DNA from: Amoebidium appalachense
Taxonomy: Eukaryota; Protista; Ichthyosporea
DNA length: 64,000 nucleotides
Direction of reading: 5' to 3'
Assembly (NCBI GenBank): GCA_963693365.1
Contig: CAVNZM010000008.1
Coordinates: 5,170,310-5,234,309, forward strand
The translations under genes and the position numbers were made by a program. This document shows, piece by piece, positions 1-12,365 of the stretch. The notes beneath the pieces were generated by a model that saw only the letters and a list, made by a program, of their open reading frames with translations, was not told the origin of the DNA and made no database searches. Numbering within the stretch: the first letter of the stretch is position 1; the number at the start of each line of letters is the position of its first letter.

Positions 1-731
1 AATATATTTTACACCCTTTATTGTGCATTTTCTTACTGTTTTTATAATCTTTAAAGCCTTTTGCATACTTGAAAGGGTTATCGTTTATTGCTATATTGCG
101 CCCGTTTCATGCTTTCGCCGCGCTCCGATCGATTGGGTGCCTGTCAGGAGTGTCTCTGCCGTGAGCAGGGGATTCGCATTCCACAGATCGCGTCGGATGA
201 CTCGTGTAATTGGCTGCAGATCTTTCGCGGCTCTCGGCGAACTTTGGCCCGGGCCCCGGATCCGCCGAACCGGCCAGGCGGGCCCTCATAGCGAACCTTC
301 CCACGTGTTATACAACTTGTCACTATTAATACACATATATATTTATACTCGTCATAGTATAAAGAAACTCATCTAAATACTATACTTTCTATTAGTCGAC
401 ACTCTCAAAGTAAAGATACATCATGATAAAACGAATTCCAAACATATCTAATGTGTCCAATCATAACAAGTATATTAATAGACAGGAAGGCACATCACGA
501 TCTATAGATGTACTCACTCGCGTCTATAATTGGTGAGTCATCATGAACTAAAACTAAACTACTTTGAACTAAAACAAAGACAACGAATATAGCGAGCCAA
601 TCACACTACTTCTCAGATAAACAGAGGAGAGCAAACATAGATAAAATACAATAAGTCATATCAGGCAAGGGAGCCAGGTGTGCACAGATCTACAGATATC
701 CGTGCACACAGAAACAAGGGAGAGAGAGATA

Positions 732-804
<73 letters not shown>

Positions 805-917
805 AGAAAAAGGGAGAGAAGGGGGAGAGCACAAAGAAGGAGAGCACAAAGGAGAAAACAAGACACGAATACAAACAAAGCTAAGACACATACACATACT
901 TCAAGGCTCTTGCTGTA

Positions 918-1278
918 CAGTCGCGCCTCAGTTATATCAACCCTTCGCCGGCGGCCCTAGGGTTGCTACAATCAAGGGTTGATATAACCGAGAGATCGCC
1001 TGATCGGGCGATCTGGGGCTAATCGGGCGATCTGAGCCTTAATCGTGCGATCTGCGATCTATTATATTACATGGGCTCCAGATCTTGCCATTTCAATAGG
1101 CTACACCGCCCCGTTTTAGCCCACCGGCAGCTCAGTCACCTTTTCTTCGTGTAATTCTTGTTACTTTTTGTTTGCTTGTCAACACGCAAAGTCCAGACCT
1201 TCTGATACGAGACTTAAATCTATGTAGCATCTGATTGGTCCAGCCCGCACCCATTGGCATGTGCAGCCAGACTTAGGG

Positions 1279-1317
<39 letters not shown>

Positions 1318-1365
1318 ACGGCGCCGGCCAGGATCGAACCCGGGGCGGGCGGGCGGGCGGGCGGG

Positions 1366-1405
<40 letters not shown>

Positions 1406-1467
1406 GTGGGGGTTGCTACAATCAAGGGTTGATATACCATGGGGTTGATATAACTGAGGCGCGCCTG
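918..1467. mobile_element. Non-autonomous Tc1/mariner(pogo)-type MITE, ~550 bp
   Basis: 26-bp terminal inverted repeats (CAGTCGCGCCTCAGTTATATCAACCC at 918; reverse complement CAGGCGCGCCTCAGTTATATCAACCC ending at 1467), flanked by TA at 916-917 and 1468-1469. Subterminal direct repeat GGTTGCTACAATCAAGGGTTGATATA at ~961 and ~1410. No coding capacity. Confidence 0.85.
1316..1345 (-). ncRNA. tRNA-derived 3' fragment (T-arm/B-box) followed by an oligo-T run; SINE-like or pseudo-tRNA
   Basis: Minus strand reads CCCCGGGTTCGATCCTGGCCGGCGCCGTGG and then a long T-run (plus-strand A-run ~1279-1315). GGTTCGATCC fits the Pol III B-box/T-loop consensus. The 5' half is not visible (poly-C run). Confidence 0.45.
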
Positions 1468-1493
1468 TACTACGTAGTGACGTAATCCAACAC

Positions 1494-2741
1494 ATGATGA
1501 CCCCCTTCCCCATGTTTATGTTTGGTTATCCGCAGCCCAATGTTGGGGCAGCAGGTACCAACACTCAGCCCACAGATAACAAGGTGGATAAGGAGAGAAA
1601 GACCCGTTCATCTCGCAAGCGTAAGTCCTCTGGCCGGCGTGCACGTACGCCTGTGTCTGAGGAGGACTGCATGGCACCAGCAAAGAAGGTGAAGTCTGCA
1701 CGTGATTTGCTCCTTGCTTTGATGCCGGAGCATGATATGGCATGGCGTAAACCGTTGGTTGTGCATCCCTCTCGGCACTATGCGCCTCTGATCACTGCAG
1801 ATAAGGTGCCCCAGTTTAAGGGTGATATGAGTGATACGCGCACGGTGGTTGAGTGGCTCTCTGAGCTTGCAAGCTTGTTTTTAAGAGTGGCTGGTGTGCC
1901 TGTGTATGATCCTGTGCCTTTATTTGTCTCGTGCTTTCCTCCGCAAGCCCCGCACGCAATTGGTTTTCCAAATTTTGCCGCACACACCTTAATGCCACGT
2001 TCGAAGCTTTTGCGCAAGAAGTGGTTAAGGAGTTCCGTTTTGGAAAAATGGCAGGGCAAGCTGGACGAGTTGGAGCAGGGAAACATGGAGGTTTCGGAAT
2101 TCTATACACAGCACGCTAGCTTGTGGGCACGAGTGTATCCACATGGCACGGATGAAGCGCGTTTGATTGATTTTTCGCACAAGTTGAACGCTGCCGCATT
2201 TAGTGATTACCAAAAATGGGCAGTGAAGCAGAGGGGTGCGAAAAAGTGTCTAACCATCCAGGATGCACTCGTTCACTTATCGGAAAAAGAGCGTGACCGC
2301 AAAAGCACACAGAAACACACAAAGGGTACAGCCGGTGTGTTTAATGTGCAGCAGTCGGCTATGGTGGCTGTGCAGGAGCAGGCAGCAGCATTGAGCTTGG
2401 ATGTGCCGTCGTTTATTGCTCTGGTGAGGTCCGGTTTGACTAAAAATCCGTTGAAAACTCCCCCACAGAAGCCCAAATGCGGTGCATCGGGCAGCAGTGT
2501 CGTTTGCTACGGCTGCGGGAAGCCGGGACATCGCAAAGGTGATGCGGAATGCCCTGCTGCTAATCGCCGCTGCAACGTTTGCATGAAAGTAGGCCACTAT
2601 TCCGATTCCCGGTTGTGCAAGGGGGAGCCCAAGGGTAACGGCAACTGGCATCAGCAGGGCCGTGACCCAGACAAGAAGAAGCATTCACACCGCAAAAAGG
2701 AACTCGCGGGGGTAGAAGGCGCGGTGCCGGGGGGTAGTTGA
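1494..2741 (+). CDS. Ty3/gypsy-like Gag with two CCHC-type zinc knuckles
   Basis: 415-aa open ORF with capsid-like motifs (F-x-GD...EWL; LEQGNMEVSEFY) and knuckles CYGCGKPGHRKGDAEC and CNVCMKVGHYSDSRLC. Followed by a retropepsin. Confidence 0.85.
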   Translation: MMTPFPMFMFGYPQPNVGAAGTNTQPTDNKVDKERKTRSSRKRKSSGRRARTPVSEEDCMAPAKKVKSARDLLLALMPEHDMAWRKPLVVHPSRHYAPLITADKVPQFKGDMSDTRTVVEWLSELASLFLRVAGVPVYDPVPLFVSCFPPQAPHAIGFPNFAAHTLMPRSKLLRKKWLRSSVLEKWQGKLDELEQGNMEVSEFYTQHASLWARVYPHGTDEARLIDFSHKLNAAAFSDYQKWAVKQRGAKKCLTIQDALVHLSEKERDRKSTQKHTKGTAGVFNVQQSAMVAVQEQAAALSLDVPSFIALVRSGLTKNPLKTPPQKPKCGASGSSVVCYGCGKPGHRKGDAECPAANRRCNVCMKVGHYSDSRLCKGEPKGNGNWHQQGRDPDKKKHSHRKKELAGVEGAVPGGS

Positions 2742-3724
2742 TGTGCGTAGCACATTTTTGCACATCGGAGAGGATGGTGTACAAAGTAGTGAAGTGGTTA
2801 ACGAGAATTTTGTGCACGACCCTTCTCCCCTGGCGGCAAATTGCAAGGGAAATAAATCAATCACTCAAAAAACTGTGTCTTTTGCCCCCACCCATATTGC
2901 AATCCCGTCCACCCTAGGTGCAACCACCCCAACAAGTGTTGGGGAGGGGGAGGGTGCACCCGGGAATGAGGGTGTTATGTCGGTTCAGGATTTTGCGGAT
3001 TTGAAGCAGGCACGGGCAGAGGGGTTGGCGGGGCTGGCGGGGCGCGTGCATCCCACCCCCAAAGAACCATCTGTGTGCAAAGTGTCTGCTAAGGGCTCTA
3101 CCTCTTGTTTGCTTGCCACTGTGAGGTTGCATGGGCACCTAGTTACGGTGGTTGTGGATACCGGTGCTAGCCATTCATGCTTGCAATATGATTTTGCGCT
3201 GAAATTACCATTTGTAGCGCGTAAGCGCACTTCGCCGGTTCACAACTTTAGTGCTGTTGGTGCTAACGGGGACACCTTGCCATGTGCAGGCCGTGTGGGT
3301 TTGCACCTGCAGGTGCCCAACACAGAATGGAGCCATGTGCAAAACTTTCATTGCGTAGCCCCCCCTATGCAGCCTTGCTAGGCATGGATTTCTTGTTGGG
3401 TTTCGATGCACAGATTGACCTGTTTTATAAGCACTTGCTGCTCAGGCCTGCCCACGGCCAGGCAGAGTGCTATATGCCTGTTTGGTGGCTTGGGGCGGGG
3501 GGTGCGGGGTGGTGAGGTGGCAACACTTATCACCACCACCGGCGTGCATCTCCCTCCTTTCAGGTCGAATGTGGCTCTGTGCTCGATGAAGGATGGGGGG
3601 GAAGGTTTGGAGGCTGGTGTGACGGGTGTTGTCTTACCCAGACCCACCTCTAACACCGATATTCCCTTCCACCGTTTTTTTTTTGCGGAGGGAGGAGGCG
3701 GAGGAACTTGGAGGGGGCCCCGGT

Positions 3725-3762
<38 letters not shown>

Positions 3763-3830
3763 AGAATGTACCAGTGCCCAACTGAGCGTACTGGAGGAGA
3801 CTTTGATCAGGTTTAATAAGTCGACTATGT
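2716..3830 (+). pseudogene. Retroviral-type aspartic protease plus pol linker, frameshifted and truncated before RT
   Basis: VVVDTGASHSC catalytic motif and a VGANG flap. The C-terminal LLGMDFL motif lies in another frame after a C-run at ~3360. Later segments (VHLPPFRS; QLSVLEETLIRF) resemble the pre-RT linker. No RT, RNase H or integrase downstream. Confidence 0.75.
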
Positions 3831-4409
3831 GCCACAACAGTGGCACAGGCACTTCTGTCCGAAAACCACAAAAGCGGCTCGTTGAAATTTCAGACGGCCA
3901 CCCCTTAGGCTACCAAGTTAGTACTATTAGTGGAAGAGGCTCCCCCCCCCCCCCCCCCCTCGCCCCCGTGCCCGCCTACCGCTCTCTCCCCCCCCCCCCC
4001 CCCCCCCATACACACACACACACAATTTTGCAAATATACCAGCCTCCAATTGGTAAACTAAGGAGCTAGACCTCGGCTGCAGACGTGCATCTCAGTATTT
4101 GTACACAAGATGGGTCCCAGGGGAAGGGGGGAGGGGGGGGGGGGGGGGTGACTTAGTGAGGAGCAATCGAACAGGTACTTCAAAAAAATGTTACTATTAG
4201 GGTACCCCTGAAGGGGTCAGAAAGGCAATTGGGGGCAAGAAGGAAACATTTTGCGAGAAAGGAAAACATACACCACCTGTCTGACATATGTACGTCGAGA
4301 GTGTGTTATCGAAGTAGTGGTGTGGGCTTGTATGTATGTCCTACATTGTGGTTTCTTGGTTTTCTTTCTTTCAGAAGTGAAGTGCTTGTTTTTCTTTAAT
4401 CAAGAAAAA

Positions 4410-4754
4410 TTCCGTGCGTGTGCGTGGCACTGCGTGCGTGCGTGTGTGTGTGTGTGTTTGTCCATATGCACGTGAGTGTGAGTGTGTATGTGTTTTTGTA
4501 TGTGCCTGTGCATGTCACTGACAGTGATTGGACTGCAACTGTGTGTAGTGCTTTACGCTTACGCGTGCGCACGACTGTCCGTGTCAGTGCCGGGGGTCAT
4601 TTGATTTACATGTCTGTGTACGCATATGTGCGTTTGTCTTGCCAGCTTTTTCGTTTTTTTGTGTGTGCGTGTGTTTGTGTGTATATGCTTGCGCGTTTCA
4701 TGTCATGTTTGCGTCTTCGAGAACCTATGTATGCCTTGTGTGTGTGTGTGTGTG

Positions 4755-4833
<79 letters not shown>

Positions 4834-4948
4834 GTGTTGTGTTTGCGTGCCGCGGTGTGTGGGTAAGAGTGTCTGCGAGTGTGTATGTACATCTGTGCGC
4901 GTGCGCGTGCACGTGCACGTGCGTGTGCGCGTGTGTGTGCGTGTGCGT

Positions 4949-5016
<68 letters not shown>

Positions 5017-5160
5017 CAGTGTGTGTGCGCGCGTGCATGCGTGTAGATTTGGAAGTTCCTTCCAGTCTGTGTGTGTGCGTGTGCTTGATTGTGTGCGCAT
5101 GTGTGCATGTTTATGTCTGGGACTTTCTCTGTGAGTGTGTGCTTTCAAGTTGTGTTTGCG
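4410..5160. repeat. (TG)n/(TGCG)n compound microsatellite
   Basis: Long pure and degenerate TG tracts. Confidence 0.9.
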
Positions 5161-6330
5161 TATGGGTGCATGACAAGTGGTGAACGTATCGCGGCCTGTC
5201 TTAGTGTGGAGCGGTGGTGTGTGGTGGGACACGCATGCAGCATGTTCCGTGTGACGTACCGTACCTATGGCATGTGTTCATACTGTAGCATGTGCGTCTG
5301 CCACGTATGACTGTGGCCTCAGCCTGTCAGCCGCCGTATGACCAAGTATGCTCTAATAAAGAGCTCTTTTTCAAGGGTATGAGTTGGCACATGATCAATC
5401 GCTTCGGAAGAGAAATAAATAAGAGCTACCTAGCAGCATGTGCGTAACGGTGGGTGTGTATTCGGGTAGTGTATGATTCTTTCTGCCGAAGTGCATGTTG
5501 GTGACTAATGATTGGGTAATAGTTGACCTCACAAACTCTGAATGGATTGCTGATTGGTTAGGAGCGCACCGATATCGGGTGCTAACTGCTAATAGACTGG
5601 TCAGATCCAGTTTTGATGACACCAATCGAATCAGTCAGTAAGAAGAGGGTAAATCTGCTGAGGAAGCGTCATTTGCATCTATCATCCTACCATTGCATGT
5701 TCCACGTTTTAGCTTACTAACCCCTACATATGGAATGTTTGACATAAAAACAATGTTAATGGAATCCTTTGGATAGATGTTCCAGAAACCAATTATTCAT
5801 TAGCTTTTATCGCGTTCTTGAGTGCACCGGCTAATTTCGGGCTGAGTTCCCCATAGCACTGTCTTATCTTTTCACAGATCTTTTACTGTGCTCTCATGCC
5901 CTCAGATGATTACATGTCCGCGCATATCATATCCAGACTTGCAGACCAGGCTTTTCACTCAGTGCCTTCAAGTATGTTGCATTTCTTGGAGAAAAAAGGT
6001 GCTCTGTGATAAAAGATATACCACCAGCTTATAATAATAAGTACATAATTAAACATTTTATCGAATGAAATACATTACTTGAAGCATGATATAAACGCAT
6101 GCAAGTGGGTTCCGGATGTGCTTCGTGTCCGCAGCCTCACAAATGGTTCATCTTATGCACGGATCTAACGTTCACTATGATCCCTCAAATACCGTCCCCT
6201 CCTCGAAAACACAACGACTCGTTTCACTTTGATGGTTGGAACGAAATTCTAAAAACTTTTCGCTAACTGAATAGCAGTCGGGAAAACAACGTATTAGTAG
6301 TGTAGCTAGCATAGACACAAAGAAGAAAAA

Positions 6331-8368
6331 ATGAATCTTCGCGGTGTGCTTGCAGGCACCGTGGGCGCCTGCCTCCTCACAGCCAAGCCCGCCACCACAG
6401 CAACCACAAACATTGGCCTACGAACACTCGTCATTCACAATAGCCCCGAGGACTTGCAGCTTGCACGCGTTGTGGTGGGTGGGCACGCTGCACCCTTCGA
6501 CGCGTTCCCTAAAACATCCCTCCCTCCCATGGACTCCCCCCAGTGGCATTCTGTTGTTGTTATGAGCTGCGACACAAACACGCTGCAGTTTGTTCGCCAA
6601 TACACTCGGAAATATGGCGTGCGTCTTGTTTGCCTACACTCACCCGACGGTTCTACTGCAACCTCCGAGTTGGGTGTTGTTGTTACTAGCTATGGGGGTG
6701 AGCGCGCTGTTGCTTTTGATGGGTCTCCCTTTGGGCGCTCGGTGGCGGACGTCATGAACGTGGAAACAACGCACGATTTGAACAAGGACGCACACACACC
6801 AGCCTCATACACAATCACCAACACCACTATGACAAGGCCTTTTCTTCGCTACACCAATGCCGCAAATGGCCCCGAGCAGACAACAGGAAACACGGGCGTC
6901 GCAGCGTTCATTTCAACCAACGGGAACACGGAGGAGATGCATTTCGCGTTTAAGGCTTGGGCTCACGAACTCTGCCCTACCAGGGGTCCCTGCCTCACGG
7001 ATATGGCGGCCAAGCCGATGAACTATCAGTATAGCAGGTTTTCAATGGCGCTCGGAAACGTGTGGTTTCAGTGGGCAACCAGGGGGGTGTATATTGGAAA
7101 GCGTCGCGTGTATCTGCAACTGCACATTGACGACTACTTTGCACCCAACGTGCTTCATGACGGCAGCAAACTGCGCATCACATATGGCGATGTGCAGCAG
7201 GCCTCCGACTGGGCTCGCAATGTTGCTACAAAACACAACCTACCTGCTGGGTCGGCAATCACCCTCGAGATGGCATACAATGGTTTTGCGCATTCCGCCG
7301 CAGATTACGACGCACAATTCCGTGAGTGATTCCCCCTATCAAAATCCTAAATGTACAACCAATCATCTTGTTTTCGTTCGTACTGGGCTTCCTTGACGAC
7401 TCTTTCCTTTCATTCCAATTTTACTTCAATTAGTCCCTCCTTGATATCTATTTTGATTTCTCTGCATTTTGTGTCCATGCACGAGCAGTTCTTACCTCCC
7501 CCCCCCCCTTCATTCCTCCTAACACAGCCCCCCCTTGCCCCCTCCCCCCTCCCCCCCCCCCCCCCTTCCACCACCACCACCCCTTCACCCTATTCCCTTC
7601 CATAATTATGCATGCATGTCTTATCCCCTACCCACCTACCTATTGAACAAACCCCCCCCCTCCCCCAAAATACACACACACACACACACACCCCAACCCA
7701 CCCCTACCTCCACCCCACCCACCACACATATCGAGCCAAGCTGACAACATTTCTTTCTTTTTTCTTTTTCATGTGCAGCCAACGACAAGGGTCTTCGCAA
7801 GGCGACGGAGGATTTCCTCGGAGACTTCAACTGGGTCAGCCACACGTGGACACACAACCACCTGGACTTTTTGGGGTCGTGGAACTGCAACAGTGGGAAG
7901 GCATACACGTGCCACACCCCCAGGTATGTAGATTATGCACGTGCACATAATGTCTTTGTATTTGCTGCAGCTGCAGTGTCTGCAGCAACGGATAATGCCA
8001 TTGCCACACCTACACGGGAGAAATTTGTCTACTGCTCGCGTAAGCACAGTGCACAGTTATGGAGACCATGCACATGCGTGCGGCGAGCACACACAACCAC
8101 CCAACACCCGCACGCACACACACACACACACACATGTACAGACAGACAGAGGGAAAGAGGCACACACACCTTCGTGTGCCACACATAAATATCCTCACAC
8201 ACGCACATGCACAAGCCAAACATGAGCACGAACACACACACACACATGGACACATACACACGCACACAACACTTACACAACGAACACCCCGACCTCACCC
8301 ACCCACACACACACCCACCCACACACACATGCACCTCCCCCCCCACCCCCTCCCTCCCTCCCCCTCCC

Positions 8369-8416
<48 letters not shown>

Positions 8417-8774
8417 AGGGAGCGCAACCACCTCGAGTTCCTCTACAACCAAAACCTCGCCACCGGTGTGGAGGTACCCACCATTCTCGCAGGACAAAAC
8501 AACACCATGTGGGATTACGCAATGGCCAAGACCCCCTGCTGCAACATGTTCTACCAGAAACAGGAACTCGCTAAGAAGAGATACTCCCCTTCATGCCTGG
8601 TTACGCCCGAGGTTTCCGGCCTCTACCCCCTAGGGTTCAACGGGGAGAGGGGGATCCCCGGAAACAAGGATGCTCTCATTCCAATGATCGAGACTGGAAT
8701 CAGGACGGTCGTGGGGGACAACTCGAGGTGGGAGCTCAACGCTAAGGTATGTCAGATCCATTAAGAAGGGTTTT

Positions 8775-8821
<47 letters not shown>

Positions 8822-9023
8822 GGGTGAACGGTGGAGGGGGTGGAGGGGGTGGGGACGGGGGACGGGGGGGGGTGGAGGGAGGGAGGGAGATGTTTAGGGG
8901 AAAGTTGCAGAGACAGGATAAGTGATGGGGAATTTGGAGGGGGGGGGGGGGGGGGGGGGAGGAAGGGGGGGGGAAGGTAGAAGAGTGTGCGGGTATAGAT
9001 TGGGTGTGTGCATTGGGCAAGTT

Positions 9024-9068
<45 letters not shown>

Positions 9069-10910
9069 CTCCCTCCGCGTCCCTCTCTCTCCCACGACCC
9101 TGTTCCTGTTCACCATCACCTCCCCCATATCTCCTCCCTCCCGCCACCCCATTTCTCCACTCTTCTACCACACTGTTGCCACATCTCCTCCCTCCCGCCA
9201 CCCCATTAATCCCCTCTTCTACAACACTATTCGCCATTTATCCCCTCTACCACCATCACATATCCCGCCTCTTCCCCCACCCCACTCACCATCTCTTCCC
9301 CCTCCTCCTCCACAGGACTCTGTGCATCATGGTGTGTGGGTGGGCAAGGACAATTATGGTGTCGACAACGGTCCCCTGATCATCCCTCGTGCCGCCATGT
9401 CCATTGCATACCAGGCGGCAGACCCCACACTGTGGGTCAAGTGGTACAACGACATGAGGGCGTGCGAGAACGACTTTGGGCCTAGGTGCAAGAACGGTAC
9501 AAACTACACATTTGACGAGGCTATGGCAAGGTATCTGCCCTACTCACACGACCTTTTACTCCAAGCGAAAAGCAAATGGATGTGTTGTCATTGGACACAT
9601 ACATGCACCTGCCTAGCCTCCCCCCTCCCGTCTTATCCTCCACCCCCCTCCCGCCCCCCCCCCTCCCCCCCCCTCCCCCTCCTTTCCGATTTTGCCCTGC
9701 AATCATCACTTTCCATCCAGAAATCCCCCCCTCCCCCCTCCCCCTCCCCCCCCCCCCCCCCCCCCCCCCCCCTGCCCCCTCCCCCCCCCCCCCCTTCCCC
9801 CCTCGCCCCCCCCCCCAAACATGCACACCTACACACACATTCCTTGTGCCTGAAGGCTGCTCGTGTAGACCCGCCACCCCTTGGCACCAACATTCAACAC
9901 TCTTGCATGAACGGCTTCCTCTTGCCCCTCCAATACAGCAAGCCTACCCATCCTAACCCCCCTTCTCTTCTCCCCTCCCCGCAGGAACACTGAGATCGGG
10001 CTGTTCTATCTGCTTCAGTACCGTGCCGATGCCTTCATGTTCCACCAGACCAACATCCACTTCACGCCCCTCAACGGCACCAACATCTCCCTCACCACCT
10101 ACTGGGCAGACCGTGTGCTAGACGACTACTCCAAGTATATCAAGGGCTTCCCCATCACCTCCCCGAGGATGGAGGACGCCGGCGAGATTTTCCGTGAACG
10201 CATGGCTATGGATGCGTGCGGTTTGGCCGCCACAGTGCAGGTGGGTTCTTTACTCTATATTTTGCTTGGAAAACAGTGCAGCAGTAGCCCGCCCGCCCCC
10301 CCCCTCCCCCCCCCCCCCCCCCCCCCACCCTCTCCAAACCAGCCGCCTTTTCCTGCTAAAACATCAAATTGCTCAGTACTCTTGTCACAAACTCCCCACC
10401 CTCTTTCTCCCCCCTCCCCCGGGCCCCTCCCCCCCCCCCCCCCCCCCCCCTATACCACCACCACAACAACATCTCCACCATCCACCCACACCGTTGTCCC
10501 AACACTGTTTATTAAATACCAACAAGACACGGTCACTATTGAAATGCCATACAAGTACTCGCCACCGCCAACATCAATCAACCACTAAAATTTCACTCCA
10601 TGCACAGGTTGTGGACGGGGTGTGGAAGCAGCTCAGCCTCGAGGCCAGGAACGGGTCGTGCAACGCATCCATCTCCACGGGTCAGCTCAGCGGGGTGGGT
10701 CTGGACCTTCCTAATAAGGAAACTTATGGCCCGGACCACACGTACAAGATCCCTTTGGAGAAGGGACAGAAGGTGTCGTATGCTATGAGGACGGAGGATT
10801 TGGGTCAGGACACTAATTCGGCGGCGGGGATGGGTGCCGGGGGCAAGCCAAGCTCACCGTTTGCACTGGTGATGGCGGTGGGTGCCATGGTGTGTGGCAT
10901 GGCTTTGTAG
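6331..10910 (+). CDS. Agd3-like (CE18-type) polysaccharide deacetylase, secreted with a GPI-like C-terminus; 6 exons (6331-7321, 7779-7923, 8419-8746, 9316-9530, 9985-10240, 10608-10910)
   Basis: GT-AG exons splice in phase into one ORF. Motifs WATRGVYIGKRRVYLQLHIDDYF, FNWVSHTWTH, VVGDNSR, IIPR and YRADAFMFHQTN match Aspergillus Agd3-family deacetylases as I recall them. Hydrophobic N-terminal signal and hydrophobic tail (NSAAGMG...FALVMAVGAMVCGMAL). Confidence 0.8.
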
Positions 10911-11212
10911 ATATGTTGAATGTGAATTTAGTGATTTCTTGAATCGCTCCGACAGAATTTTGCAAATCATTTGAGTTGTTGAACGAATATGGTTCAAGAT
11001 GTTTTCGATTTTGTTTTCAACTGGCATTCAGCTCAGCTGGTTGTAAGCAACGTAATGCCAGCTTAACTGGTTAATATATGTACAGAGAAAAAACTTGGTC
11101 GATACTCTAGGGGGAAGGGTGGGGGGAGAGGGGGAGGGGGGTGAAGGGGGGGTCTCATTATGCACGAATGGAACTCTTTAAATCGAGGCTGCGCCTCGCT
11201 GGGCAAATGTTA

Positions 11213-11256
<44 letters not shown>

Positions 11257-11601
11257 TTATATTCACCTTATGTACATGATCACTGATGCCTCGCCGGGAG
11301 TGAAACGGGATAAATAAAAGTACATGATCACTGAGGTGTACACGTGTTATGTCTACTAGCTAGTGTGGCAAGAATCAGAAGTTTATAAATCAGTAAAAGA
11401 AACACACGAAGAGCAGCTTGTGTGCGGTTTGCAGGGAGGATAAGCGTTGAGCAATGATACGTATACCGTGCACCTTTACTATATAAGTGCCATAACGCTT
11501 GCTTTAGGCACGGATATCGTAACGTTTCTCTGATTACCATAGTGTTTCAAATCCCTTGCTGCATGCAAGTATACGCGCCAATGCTGTCGTTTTGCAACAA
11601 T

Positions 11602-11632
<31 letters not shown>

Positions 11633-12036
11633 CAGACCTCCCCATTCCTCAATACCTCGAATATAGACGACAAACTTTGACGGTAAACGATTATTGATAT
11701 TGACGGTTCATAATATTCATCTATCTTGATACTTGCATACCGTGAATCCCGTAACCCTACCCTCCTCCCCCCTTCCCCCATGGCTACTCCCCCCTCCCTT
11801 TTTAAAAAAAAAACCACCCCCACGCGGCCCCCCCCCATGCATAGGTGTGTGCACAAAATGGCAAAGCCAGTTGGACCTGAGATATCCCAACACATACACA
11901 CATGAACTTATATCTTTATATACGTTACGGAAGCACATAAACTCATGGTGAATAGATGCTTAGCTATAGGCCTGCACTTCAGTGCTTAGTCCCCGTGCCG
12001 GCCCCCTTACTCCTCCCCCCCCCCCTCCCTCCACCG

Positions 12037-12068
<32 letters not shown>

Positions 12069-12173
12069 CGTCCCACCCCCCCCCACCCCCCACCCCACCC
12101 CCGGGGGGGGGGGGGGGGGGGGGGGGAGGGGACTAGTGGCTGTCAGAAACCGTGGCCGGGGGAGGAAGGGGGA

Positions 12174-12206
<33 letters not shown>

Positions 12207-12299
12207 GGGGCAGCACGCACGCCGGCTTTCGAGCTCCCCACACCCGCATCCCAGGGATAACCTTATCGTGAAAGCTGCTCCCCCCCTCCCCTTTCCCCC

Positions 12300-12365
<66 letters not shown>

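Noticed and set aside
1-5400. LTR pair, PBS and PPT around the gag-pro
   Set aside because: No long direct repeat was found by eye on the two sides, and the TGG at ~531 is not a convincing PBS.
11272-11334. 15-bp direct repeat GTACATGATCACTGA
   Set aside because: Only two copies 48 bp apart, most simply a local duplication.
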